Source: Isurus oxyrinchus
Lineage: Eukaryota
Direction of reading: 5' to 3'
DNA length: 64,000 nucleotides
Assembly (NCBI GenBank): GCA_026770705.1
Contig: JANJGN010000369.1
Coordinates: 310,001-374,000 of the forward strand
The translations under genes were made by a program, and so were the position numbers. Under the pieces are notes generated by a model. It made no database searches. It saw only the letters and a program-made list of their open reading frames with translations, and was not told the DNA's origin. The number at the start of each line of letters is the position of its first letter. The first letter of the stretch is position 1. Below, piece after piece: positions 1 to 12,450 of the stretch.

Positions 1-2689
1 AAGCAACGTTCATCCACATAACTATAATGCACAGTTATTCATCGTATTTATATTGTATACAGTGTTCTCATAAATCCGACTCACTCAAATGAGAATAATT
101 GTAAAAACAATCAATTATATATAAAAATCCAAAGTGCAATTGTGAAAATGTGTGAGACAGAAGGGCAGGTAACTATCGAAATTTTGGTGAGAGAGAGAGA
201 CAGAGTCACCCATTGCTTCCAGAAGAGTGGATGCTTGAAAATGTTACATCCAGATTCAAAAAAATGGGATAAATGTTAAACTGCCTATTGCCGGCCAGCC
301 TGTTTCACGCATATGGCGGGGAAGCTTAGACAAACAATAATCCTGAAATAAATAAATTGAAATAGAGAAATAAATCAGAAGCCTGGCGATCGCCGACACT
401 GGCTGCTCTCCTCCAAGTTTAGTGTGAGTATTAAATGCGGAGATTTCACTATTAGCACATTTTCGCATTGAGAAATGGAGCCACTATTCTCACGAAGAAT
501 TGACCTGACCAGGAGGCAACTCAATTTTTTTATTCAACAGTTATGCCATTTTTGGGTTATTAAGCATTATAAATCCAGATTCTAATTGAAACACAGTGAG
601 TTCACTGAGAGAAGGTATCCATTCATCTTCGCCTCTGATGTAACTGAAGGAAGGCGGCACCCCTAAAGTACCACATTGAACCCACCTCTTCAGTTTCATT
701 TGTGAATGTGAGAAGGTAACACTAGGTTTCTTTACTTTGGTTACTTTGGGAAAAGGCTATAGGCCAAGTGCTGGTAAATGGGGTTAGAAAGGTAGGTCAG
801 GCACTTCTCACGTGCCGGTGCAGACTCGATGGACCAAAGGGCCTCTTCTGCTCTGTGATTCTGTGATTCTGTGAAAATCTGATAGATGGTGAATGCCATT
901 CATATTCCTCTCTGTTCCTCCTCGCCAATCTTTCGTTTTCTTTTATTGTAACTCTATTTGCCCCTTGAACTCCCTCCTAAACCTCCTGAATTTTTGTCAC
1001 TAAACCGCAGCTTAGCCCCTACATTTAACCGACTAACTGTCCCATAACTGAAGTCTTTCCTCATGATGGCAGGAGGGATTCAATACATATTTTTTATAAT
1101 GTTCAATGGGTAAGATCAGTCCATAAACTACTGCCACTGACCCAGCGTCACAGTCCAAGAATTAAAGCCAGAGATTTCCCTGCGGGGATGGGAAAATAAT
1201 TCTACACACAAAGGGAGCTAGAATTTCTCTACTCGGCAATAAATGTTTCACCCATGGAGTATTTGAAATCTGAGATTCAAAGAGTATTCTTAAAAGAGAT
1301 TATTACGAAATATGAGGGAAAGGCGAAAATATGGAGGTAGTCACCAAACAAACAGAAAAAAAAAACAGAACATGCTCCACCGAATAAAGGGTCTCAACAA
1401 GAGTAAAGGTCAAGGAACAGCGCCTGACCTTCCAACTGGGTAGGAGACAGCATTCTGGACTCAACACAATTTTAGATCAGAACATCTGCCTCAATAGTGT
1501 TTGGTCACGTTTCTTTCTTTACTCCTTCATGTTACATTCAGACCGTGCCTTAGCAGCCATTCACAAACTCAGATGGACACCTCTTTTTTTATTTCTTTCC
1601 TACAGCCACAACAATTTGTTTGTAACCATTGAAACTCTCCTCCTGCTCTCTACCCTCACTGACATTCTCTTTTGCACATCCAACCTCCTCCCGCACTCCA
1701 CTGTTTTAAACCCTTGTTACATTTACATCTTTCCTCAATTTTGATTAAAAAAATCATCGACCTGAACAGTTCGCCATTTGTCTCCACAGCTGCTTTATGA
1801 ACTGTTGAATATTTCAACAATTTTTTTGTTAACTTCGGTTTTCCAGTGTCTGTACTACTTTCCTTTACAATCTGAAAGCATTTTGGAAACAATTTTGAAC
1901 GTCATTCATATTCCTCTCAATTTCTTCTCCGCCAATCTTTCAGCTTTCTTGCTCCGCAACTCTGCCGCTACAGCTTCGTCTGAACGTCCCTCAATTCCGG
2001 ACACCAAAATACAGCTCAGTCCCTTTGTTGAAGACAGTGGCTACCCCTGTAACGAATTCTCCCCCTTGATTTTTGCACTGATTTGATCCGCAATTCTGGA
2101 ATGCTAAGGGAAACAAAAAATCAATCCAAGACCTATTTCAGTTTCCTGGGAATCTCCGATTAAGGTCCACGGTGAAAATATTCAAGCCAAGAGTTCCAGC
2201 ATTGAAATTAGGAAACAATTCTATGGACAGAGGGCCGCAGAACGTCAGAACTCTCTTCAGTGCAAGGAAATTAATCCTTGATCGATTGTTGTATTTTAAC
2301 TCTAAGAATGCAAGAGCTTTGTTGGAGGATAAAAAGGGCTAGGGGGCAAAGGCTCGAATATGGCGATAGTCACCAATCAGACACAACATCATTGAACATG
2401 TTCTAGGGACTAAATGGCCTTAAGAGCAACAAAATTCGAGGGACAACGGATCAACTTCGAACTGGGTAATCTGCAGCCTTCTGGTCTCAACATTGAGTTC
2501 AACAAATTTAGATCCTAATATCTGCCTCAATGTTGTTTCTAGAGTGTATTTTTTTTCTTCTTGTTGGTTTGGTTTGTGACGTTTCTTTCCTTATTCTCCA
2601 TGTTACATTCGGGCCTTTGCCGTGCTGCCACTCACACCTCAACTGGACACACCTTCACTTTCCTTATTATACTCCCACAATCACAAAAG

Positions 2690-3250
2690 TTTGGAAATAT
2701 TACAACGCAGGAGAAGGTCATTCGACCAATCGTGTCTGAATGATCAATTCACTTAGTGCCGTTCCCTGCCTTCTCCCTGTATTGGCGATCCTCCTTTTGA
2801 GATAGCAGTCTCACATCGCTCTTTATGCTTCCCTTGAACCGACCTTCACCACACTGTCAGGTGGTGCATTCCAGAAGTTAACCACTTTCCACGAGAAAGA
2901 AATGTGTTTTTTTATCGTCGTGTCTCTTTTGTTTTTTTTTAAACAAATGTGTTAGCTCGAACTTGATCATTTCACGGATGGGAACACTGGCTTCCCCTCC
3001 AACCTCTCCAGAACTTCCCTGATACTCAATCCCTCCAGCAAATCTCCTCTCAACCTTCCTTTCTCCCAGGGAATCAGTCCTAACTTCTCCAATCTATCCT
3101 CACAACTGAAGCCCCTCATGCTTGGAAACATTCTCGTGAACATTTTCTGCCCTCCTTCCAACATCGTTCACATTTTCACATCCTTCCAAAAGAGAAGCAT
3201 CCAGAATCTGGTGGGATGCACCAACTGAGGCTGAACCAGAGCCTTCTACA
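2690..3250 (-). mobile_element. CR1 LINE 3' fragment
   Basis: Minus ORF FTRMFPSMRGFSCEDRLEKLGL…RLRGDLLE; a paralogous copy lies at 25175-25570. Confidence 0.8.
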
Positions 3251-4083
3251 TATCTTGTTTATCTTATTCCCATTACAACACTCTTTGGTTTTAGTGTTGT
3301 GAAAACCATTGTCTCCTGCCCTCTCAGACAATCACTTTCGAAGTGACCCCATAAGCATCGGATCAGACATAAGCTATGCAGACCTTCCACATCTAGTTGT
3401 GAATAGTGGTAGACAATTAAACACTGACTGGAGAAGGAAGTTCCACAAACAAATGCTGGCCTTCCCAGTAGCTTTCACATCCACGAAGCAATAATGAAAA
3501 GCTGTCAATGTATTCCAGGAATCGCAGCAATCCTACCCTGGTGTCCAATTCCAGTCACTGTTGAAAGGGTTCCATAGTGGCCCAATCCGCTTCTCCAACA
3601 CATTGACAGCTATCACAAGGTCACCCTCTGTTTCACTGAGATTCATGTCAAGGACAGTTTCCAGTTGGCATGAAACAGGGGTACAAAATTTACTGAAATA
3701 AATTGTAGCTGATGGAAATGCCTTAAAAGCCTTGGTTTTTTGCCAGAATTATTTCTGAAATCCCTTGAGACATCCCTTAATCCATTATACCCCTCTTTGT
3801 GAAGGTGTGTGCGCCGGATCAAGGTCAAATGGCAAAAGAAAATGGGATTTCCTGTATAACTTCTGCACTGACCCAGAAGCGGTTATCATTCACTTAACCA
3901 GACAAAGCCATTCGTTCATTAGAATGATCTAAAGAGGAAGAGATGCTTCAGCACAACTGTGCGCACTCGGTTATAATGCAATTCCGATCCTATTGTTGTT
4001 CTTTATATTCACACGATATTCTAAATGCTTTCCTCTGATTAAAAATACTCAGCTAATTGCCTGGTTAATTTGAAAAAAGTAAA

Positions 4084-4154
4084 AGCGCCATTGAAATTAG
4101 AACTCAGGTCACCTGCATTACTGATACAAGATATCCTGCACCAAACCACAGCGC
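4084..4154 (-). pseudogene. tRNA pseudogene, Thr(AGT)-like
   Basis: On the minus strand the acceptor stem GCGCTGT/ATGGCGC pairs and the anticodon arm reads TTGTA-TC-AGT-AA-TGCAG. B-box-like GAGTTCTAAT is present and T-runs follow. The D arm is decayed and the isotype is tentative. Confidence 0.6.
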
Positions 4155-4699
4155 AAAGTTATGAACAACACCAGGCTGCAATGTTTTGAACCATATTCCA
4201 CTATTTTGCTACAAACATATTGGGAATTCTTCATCTGCTAAGGGGCTGGGTGGCAGCGAGAATTGAGAATTTGCAGGAAGGTAAATTAAGGCAGATATTC
4301 ATCCAGGAATTTATGGAATGATTGAGAAGCTGGAAGACACATTATATACTTGCACCTATTCCTCATGTTCTTACAGACACCACACAGAGGAAACACTGGG
4401 GTTATATCTAACTTGGACTGGAAGCAATGCTGATTCACCATTGTCATTCCGGAGTTCAGTAGATTACATTTGAAGTTCAAGTTTCCTAATCCCAGATTCG
4501 TATTATCCTAGAATGGATTATTTGGCCCATCGTGTCTGTGCTCGTTCTTAGAAGGAGAAATTATTCTACTATCATTTCCCCGCCTTCCCTGATCCCTGCA
4601 CACTTTTTATTTTTCTTTTCAGGGATTCAATGTTTCCGACTGCCTTGACTTATGGAGTGTTTTTTGTTTCCTTCTTCATTATGTCTGTCTTCAGTACTT

Positions 4700-5830
4700 T
4701 CCCCTTTACAGGTGTGATGAGCTTGGGTAACGTCGACATCAAGGCAGTTTTTGTCCGAGTGCAACGTCAAGGGTCCCGAGCACAACTGGAGTTAATGGGA
4801 AGCAGAGTGAAAAAACTCCGCTGCTGGGGGTCCATACCATCACAAAGGTAAGTTGTTGTTGGAGGTCAATCATCTGAGTTACAGGGCATCACTGCAGGAG
4901 TTCCTCGGCATAGAGACCTCGGCCTAAGCATCTTCAGATGCTTCATCAAGGACGTTCAATTCATCTTAAGGTCAGAAGTGCGGATGTTCACTGATGATGG
5001 CACAATGTTCAGCACCATTCGCAAATCCTCACACACTGAAGCAGTCCACGTGCAAATGTATCAAGACGTGGACAATTTGCAGGCTTGGGTTGACAAGTGG
5101 CAAGTAACATTCGTGCCACACAAACGCCAGGCAATGACCACCTCAAACAAGGGAGAATCTAACCATTACTCCTTGAGTCTAATGGCATTATCATTACTGA
5201 ATCTCTCATTATCAAAATCCTGGGATACCATTGACCAGAAACTGAACTGGAGTAGCCATACAAATGCAATGGCTGCAAGACATGTTGGAGGCGAGGAACC
5301 CTGCAGCGAGTAACTCACCTCATGACTCCCCAAAGACTGTCCACCATCTACAAGACACAAGTCAAGAGCGTGTTTGAATACTCTCAATTGGCCTGGATGA
5401 GTGCTGCAACAAACCTGCAGAAGCTTGACACCATCCAGGAGAAGATAACCCGCTTGACTGGCACCCTAACCACCCAACATTCCTCCACAACAAGAGTACA
5501 GTAGCAGAAGTGTTCTTCTCCCAGACGATGCACTGTAGGAACTCACCAATACTCCTTGGACAGCAAATTCCAAACCCACAGAAACTACCATCTAGAAGGA
5601 CAAGGGCAGCAGATGCACGGGGACACTGCTACTTGAGAGTTCCCCTCCAACCCTCACACCATTCTGACTACTTCTGGATCAATCCCCTAGAAACCGCCCT
5701 CCACCCCCCCCCCCCCCCCCCCCACTCACCCCACCGCTAACGGAACAGTGGGTGTACATACACCACGTGGAATGGACAAGGCAATTCAGCAGCATTTTCT
5801 CAAGGGAAACTAGAGATGGGATTTTATTCT
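4700..5830 (+). mobile_element. CR1/L2-group LINE, 3' RT half
   Basis: Motifs DIKAVF, MFTDDGTMFSTI, QAWVDKWQVTF and STIYKTQVKSVFEYS, with frameshifts. Confidence 0.8.
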
Positions 5831-6079
5831 CTACAAATTGACAACCGTGGTTAATGCTGACCTGGTCTAAAATTCTGCGTTGCCTCCCTAAACTATTCCA
5901 CTTCTGCAGCTCCTTCTGATCTTTAAGATGTTATTTAACAGCTTCCCCTTTTACCAAGCTTTTGTCATCTGATCTAATATCTCCTTCTGTGGCTCAGCAT
6001 CATTTTTGCTTTATTTGTCATTATAACCCTCTTGTTAAGACTTTAGTGACTTATGGCTATGTGCCAATATCAATAGTTA

Positions 6080-6152
6080 GCAATAATGGTACAGTGGTGA
6101 GCATAGCTGCTTTCCAATTATTTGACCCCCAGTTCGATTTCCAGCTGCCGCA
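6080..6152 (+). pseudogene. tRNA-Gly(TCC) pseudogene
   Basis: GCAATAATGGTACAGTGGTGAGCATAGCTGCTTTCCAATTATTTGACCCCCAGTTCGATTTCCAGCTGCCGCA aligns with Gly-TCC (…GTGGTGAGCATAGCTGCCTTCCAAGCAGTTGACCCGGGTTCGATTCC…). Acceptor and anticodon stems are broken; a T-run follows at 6154-6167. Confidence 0.85.
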
Positions 6153-6821
6153 ATTTCTTTTTTTTTTACCTCACAAATCGGAAACCCCAAGCTTGAAGCT
6201 GAATTTGATCCGTTTCGAAGAGATTTTGCTTCGAACACATGGGCGGGTTTAATAGAAATATAATTAATTCCCACCTGCACTTATCTTCCATTTAAAATGT
6301 AACTCAGATGTATTCCTTCTTGATGATAATGAAGGCTTTTCCTGAGCTGTAGTGTGGAGCCAGGATAGAATACCTAGGATTTGTAACATTCAGCGATTCT
6401 CTGAATATTTTACATCTGCTGCTTCTAATTTCTTATTTGAATATCGATTCCTGCGCAGGGATTGCTTTATTGTTCATAAAGTGACAGACTGCTCACGCTG
6501 GGAATCTGAAATAATAACAGAAGGTGCTGGAAAAACTCAGCAGGTCCTGCAGCATCTCTGGAGACAGGATATGGGGTTTCACATTTCACCTTGATCGAAG
6601 TTTTAACAAATAGACCCGCTATCGAAGGATCGAATCTGCCAGAGCTACTCAGTTTTTCCAGTATTTTCCATTAGAATCATAGAATGGCGACAACTCTGAA
6701 AGAGGCTATTCGGGCCGTCTAATCTGTTCTGGCCCTCTAAAGGAACAATTCACCCACTGCCACTCCCCTAACCCTGCAATGCTTTTCGATGCATGTGAGT
6801 GCGGATGGATACTATAAAAAA

Positions 6822-7245
6822 CAGTCTCTGGTACTGTCTGTGATTGTGGAACTGATTCTGGGACTATCAGTCTCTGATAATGTCTGTAATTATGGGATTG
6901 ATTCGATCAATTTCAGTCCCTGGCACTATCTGCCAGTGTGGAATTGAATCTGTAAATGTCAGTCTCTGATACTGTCTGTAATTATGGGATTGATTCGATC
7001 AATTTCAGTCCCTGGCACTATCTGCCAGTGTGGAATTGAATCTGTAAATATCAGTCTCTGATACTGTCTGTCATTGTGGGTTTGATTCGATCAATTGCAA
7101 TCCCTGGCACTAACTGCAAATGTGTGATTGATTCGATGAATATCAGTCTTTGCTTCCATCGGTGGGTCTGAGATTTATTCGGTAAATATGATTCTCTGCT
7201 ACTAGCTGTGAGTGTGGGATTGATTCTGTATCTTTCAGTCTCCGA
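6822..7245. repeat. 46-bp minisatellite, about 9 units with a 92-bp dimer structure
   Basis: CAGTC(T/C)CTG-type starts occur at 6822, 6868, 6914, 6960, 7006, 7052, 7098, 7144, ~7190 and 7236. Confidence 0.9.
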
Positions 7246-8922
7246 CTCACAAACAAGCAGCGTTCGGTTTGGGACTAAATACCTCATGTGCGGTTTTCCG
7301 CTGCAAATCAGCAACTGAAATCAACATTTTCTACAATTCACTTTGATCAGCATCTGAACAAAAGAACTGGAGATGGGGAAAGGTCAGAGAACAATGAAAA
7401 AATCGGACTTGTCCTTTTAGGAAAATCAATTTGTGAACATTCCCCACAGGGCATTTGCTGTTTACGAGCCCATTTTCACAAAGCAATCCTGCAGAAACAT
7501 GCGAGGATTGAGGAGGCTAGCGAATTTGCTGGGACCGGGCAATAATTAATACTTACTCATCTCTGAAGTGGGAGTTAAACAGAAAGATTTAGTTGATTTT
7601 ATGATTTCAGTAGGAAGGTAGAGAACATTTCAGCTAATGGGTGAGAGTGCGCGATCTCTGCAGCAATAAAATAGGTTTAAGTCGAAACTGAGGCTTTTTC
7701 AGCGAATGGGAACTTTTCAAAAGCAACCATTCTGGTCTCAGAGACAGGAAGGATCTCGCCTGGGACTCTGGACAGTCCGATTTTCAATGAGAGTTTAGCA
7801 GCACACTGAAACCAAAAGTTTCATGCAATAGGACACGCAGACTCCTTTGCATCTCAGAGCTCTGCAATCTCTCACTGGTTGGATTATGTGCCTCTTTTTT
7901 GTCCGTCCTGACAAAATGGACAACCTGACGTTTTACTACTTTCTACTCCATTTGCCAGGTCTTTGTCCAATCACGTAACATATCAAGATCCTTACGCCCT
8001 TTTCACAACTTACTTTATGACCTACAGTTGTGTCGTACTTGCTTAACAGCCTTGCCACATGTTCAATTCTCATTTGTCATTTTTAGAATGTTGTGAATGG
8101 GGAGCTATCCCGCCATCAATTTTTGAAAGTGATAGCAAAACGAACCACAATTTATACAGGATTTTAAAACATGAACATTTCACGAGGTGTAATTCACCTG
8201 CCTTCTCCCCACAACCCCGCGCATCGTTAGTTCTCCAACAATCGTCTAGTCCCCTCTTGCTCTGGGACAGGAAGTGGGAATGCAACCTGTACCTGGGACG
8301 GTCAGTATTAGAGGATTGGCCTCTGCCCCTCCCGGCCACACAAAGGTGGGCACATTAAAAACCCTTTGTGTGGTCCAGAAGCCGCACCCACAGTACCTGC
8401 TGCTCCCAGGGGCATTTCCACATCCTGTGCTGTTCGGTGCCCCTTTTCTGCCTGTTATCGGTAATTGAAAAAGTTCCAGGTGAATCAGGATTGAGCAGAA
8501 CCGAGAGTACGAGAGGTTCGTGCCTTTGGCCCGAGTTGGGAGAGGCCACAACGTTTTAAGTTGGGCAGAGGTGAAGGGTGAGGCCAGAACCAGGTGGATC
8601 CCGAGAGAGCGAGGAGTGGCGAATGCAAACAATTATTGTGATATTGGGGCATGGTAAGGGTGAGGGGGTGGGGGTAATTGGGGAGTCAGACAAGGATGGA
8701 GACGGAGAACGGGGAGCCAGGATGGCATGGTGATAGAGGTTGGGAGGAGGGAAGCGAGACCGGCCTGGAGTTGTTTTTAGTGGGGGAGGCGTGTGAGAGG
8801 GGGGGAAGAACTGGCTTGAAACTTCTACCGTGATTTTTTTTGGGGATATTCTTTGAGATAAGTGGCCCATTAACCTAATCTTTCCGCGTGTAAGAGCTGT
8901 TACATTGAGATAATTCTCTGCT

Positions 8923-9400
8923 TCATCCTCCGAATGTGATCTTTAGGGAGACGGGGCACATGGCTGCTGCAGTTTGAAACCTCCTCCACATGATGAGGCC
9001 GCTAGTAATGCAGCACTCAGCCCTGTGCTGAGTCAGACTGCATGGTGCATCCTGGGCTAGAAATTGGACTCCCTGCTTTCGGGATAGAGAGAAAAGAAAA
9101 TATGACTGCTGGCCAGCCATCACCTCAAGGGGATCTGCAAAGCCTCCAGCATATTTGGGAGATGATCCCCGTGACATGTTTATCTCAACCACGGAAGTCT
9201 CTTCATCTGCCGCTCGTGCTTTATTCAAGAATTGTTTCAGTTTCCACCCTTTCTCAGTGCCACCCCCGCACATAGGGAGATGTTTTCTTCAACTTAGTTT
9301 ACAGTGGACAAAATGTCCACTTGTGGTTTAATAATTACACCCACTTGAAAATGGTCTAGAAACATCTGCAGTACAATAGAGGTCAAACAAAACTCTACAT
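8923..9400 (-). mobile_element. hAT transposase C-terminal remnant
   Basis: DPLEVMAGQQSYF…LSRK…QFLA…PCS…AE…TSGLIM.RR resembles the hATC dimerisation motif (DPLEWW…FP.LS..A…L.IP.SS..SER.FS..G.I…RR). VLQMFLDHFQ near 9345-9375 may be a decayed LDPRFK. Confidence 0.55.
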
Positions 9401-10239
9401 TGGTGTAATCATCAATCCTTGTCATAACGTGTTCCCAGATCTTTTTGCTTCCCGACCCTAATTTTCAGTTTTTTCTGACCAATGCTGCCATTCTGACCAC
9501 TGTCCATTCTTAGTCCCTCAGCAGATTCATATCAAGCTTTGTCCACTGTGACTACCGTCCCTTTTGGCCATCTGGACATCGGTGACCTTATTGCTGCCAA
9601 GGACACAGCGTCCCCAGCAAAGCAAGCTGCAGCAACCCAAAAGTTATGTCTGGTTTTCTAGATCGCGGAGCTGCTGACCAGGATTGAGCCGCTGTCTGCC
9701 ATGAGCAACAAGAAGGATCACAAGGAAGGGGGGACACGCTGTGTCAAATGGAAGGGGCGAGGAAAGGTCTTGGGGAAAATTTTGAGAATAAGTGGAAGCA
9801 TTTGTTCTTTATTTTCTCCTCCTGTCACATAGGGTAGGCCGCAGTGACAGGGAAAAGCGAGGTTAGTAAATAGGCCTGGGGTCATGGCGAACAATGTAGA
9901 GTGCAAAAGTAGCCAGAAAACTGCTTAAAAAAATCACTCTGCACAATAATTTCTTCAATGCTCCCGTTTAGTTGGGAGTGTATAGGTCAAACACGACCAT
10001 TTCATTTTTTAAAAAAGATACTATAGTTTATTTTCCAACCTGAGCAAGAGTTCGAAGGACTGTTTACAAAATGTTTCGCTATTTCCACTTTAAGACACGA
10101 TCAATACTCAAAACTAACAAAAATACAAAATAAAGACCCAGCGTCCACAAGAAGCCAAACCTACAGTCCAATAATGTTTTAGAAAATGTTTGAATATTAC
10201 TTCAAAATAGTCTGGAGGTGAAGTAATAAAGCAAAGGGT

Positions 10240-10651
10240 TTAAGCACGCTCCCCCGGATCCGTTGTACCAGCTGGGTGTCATTTGGCATAACAGTCACTC
10301 TTTTGACATGGATGGCACACAGGTTGGTGTCCCCAAACAGGCCAACAAACTAGGCCTCACTGGCTTCCTGCAATGCTCCAATTGCCACACTCTGAAACCT
10401 CAGGTCAGTTTCGAAGCCCTGGGAAATTTCCCTCACCAGGTGCTGGAAGGACAGTTTGCGGATAAACAACTCTACATGGAATTCTGGCATCGGCAGATTT
10501 CTCAGAGTGCGACTGTACCCAGCCTGTAGCGATGAGATCTCTTCACTTCACCAGTGGAGGGGGCATATTTCTGGGATGCCTTGGCGGCCAGCTGCTTCCA
10601 GGGCGCATTGCCACCGGTGGACTTCCAGGCTATCTGTTTGGTATGAGCCAT
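10240..10651 (-). pseudogene. Processed histone H3.3 pseudogene
   Basis: Minus-strand translation reads [51 protein letters not shown]…[62 protein letters not shown]…RA*. It has H3.3 signatures (S31, xAIG), 2 stops, 2 frameshifts and no introns. Downstream are AATAAA (10027-10032) and an A6 remnant (10005-10010). Confidence 0.92.
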
Positions 10652-11699
10652 CTCTGCTCAGAGGATCAACTTGACCGCCTGCAATAGTGAACTCATGTAA
10701 ATGATTTAGGTTCTTGTCGTCCAAATGCAGCACAAACAATGATCATTGCACTGTTACAGAGGCAGATATTAATAGCTGCAATAAACAAAGAACCCTTTTA
10801 TTCAATCCTATTCATTGTGAATTGACTGATTTCTGAGACATTCAAATATTACTCTTGCGGAGTTAAAGAAGGAGCTGAGGACCGCTCAGCAACCTGCTGA
10901 TCTGCAGCTGGGCGCTGCTGCTGACCATGCTGCAGGAGCGAGCGCACAGAAGGTAAATAAAGTGTAGACCAAGGGCAGTGTGCACCCTCCTGCCGCTGGA
11001 CTCCAAGGCAATGGGGGTGGCTCAGCACAGAAAAAAGGTAAAGTAGTGTCATTCACCTGGGCCTAGGTTGTAGACTAGCCGACAGAAGTGTGCAGGGTTA
11101 ATGGCCAAGCTGGATGATGATCAGGAGGAGGAACGACCTACCAACAGGACGGTGTGAAACTACACCAGTGGCACCAAGCAGTGGTCAGCATTGGTGAAAA
11201 CTGCCACTCTGTACAGTGACAGCGGAAAGGAGCCAATTGAGGCAGCCAGAGGGAAGGACGAATGGCAGCATAAGGCTGAGTCTCAACATTTAGCCCCCAG
11301 TCAGAATGACAACAGCCACATCAGGCCAATCAGAGCCCCTCACCAGCTGCTTTCAAAGTCACATTCTGCTGAGCTTCCTTTGGTAACAGCTGAACTTACA
11401 TGGGTGGGTAATGCACATGCACAGTCCAGCATCGCAGATCCAACACCACTTTATCCATCTCCATAAATATCAGTGGTCAGACAGCGAGTATGACAGGCTG
11501 AAATAGAAGCCCAGAGACAGGGGAATGGTATCCTGTGTGCAGAGTACCATAGACCGCGGGCTCAATTGAACAGCTGGACCAAGGCACTAACATGTCCTCT
11601 GTGTGACAAGCTGGGTAAGAATTCCCTGTTCCATGGTGCACTCCACAAATCAGCAGCTTCCTCTACAGTCAGTGATTGCCGGGTCCCTGCACATTAAGA

Positions 11700-12100
11700 T
11701 GAATTGTTTGAGGCACCTGAAAACAGAGTTGTGTGAATAGAGATCCTGCAATTGAATGTAAGGAAATTCACATGGTTCATCCCCACGTGGCCCCCGCCCC
11801 TCTGCCCCCTCCACAGCTTCTGAATCTATAGCCCTTGGATTCCTCTGGAGAGCAAGATAAAGCAACCAGGGACTTTCCCCTTTCCATTGAAGCTGTGAAT
11901 CCTGGAAAGCTCATGCGGGAGATTTTTAGTCCCTTTGGTCCCAGTGGCAATTGACAGCAGGCGTGAAGATGAAAAGTTGGTGATTGCTTGTGTAACCCTC
12001 CCAACAATATGTGAATTTAGGTCAAACTGAGAGATCACATCATGTTCTCACCCTTGACTTTGCCAAGAATATGCTCACAAGCAATGGATCAGAGACAATG
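11700..12100 (+). mobile_element. Possible hAT transposase middle-region remnant
   Basis: Frameshifted WK/LMREIFSPF…EDEKLVIACVTLPTICE resembles hAT W..L..L…L.PF…T…EK.VT.S.VLP.I. Confidence 0.4.
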
Positions 12101-12129
12101 GTACCTACATCAATTGACTGGCCTTTTTC

Positions 12130-12450
12130 TCTGGTGATGTCACAGGATTAGTAATCCAGAGAGGCTAGTGCTCAAGGGACATAGGTTCAAATGCAACTAT
12201 GGCAGCTGATCAAATTTCAAATCAGTTGAGACATTCTGCGATATAAAACTAATTTAAATAATGCTGGCCAACATTGGAGTATCATCGGTTGTTGTTAAAA
12301 AAAGCAGGTTCATAAATGTCCCATGCGGACGGAAGTCTGCTGTCCTTGCCCAGCCTGGCCTGCAGAAATGTGGTTGACACTTAACCATTCTCAAGGGATG
12401 GGGATGCCGGCCTTGTCAGTAATGTTACATTGGAGAGAATGAAGAAAGTC
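12130..12450 (+). mobile_element. tRNA-headed SINE
   Basis: Head TGGTGATGTCACAGGATTAGTAATCCAGAG…GGTTCAAATGC carries A/B-box-like motifs; the tail AGGGATGGG…GCCGGCCTTG resembles the 3' end of the LINE family at 39920-39990. Confidence 0.6.

Noticed and set aside
6822-7245. Regularly spaced repeats resembling a CRISPR array
   Set aside because: Units are contiguous tandem monomers without unique spacers, there are no cas genes, and the context is eukaryotic.
11650-11865. Minus-strand RAID…YSHN peptide suggesting a Harbinger transposase
   Set aside because: Catalytic motif spacing is poor, and the plus strand fits hAT better.
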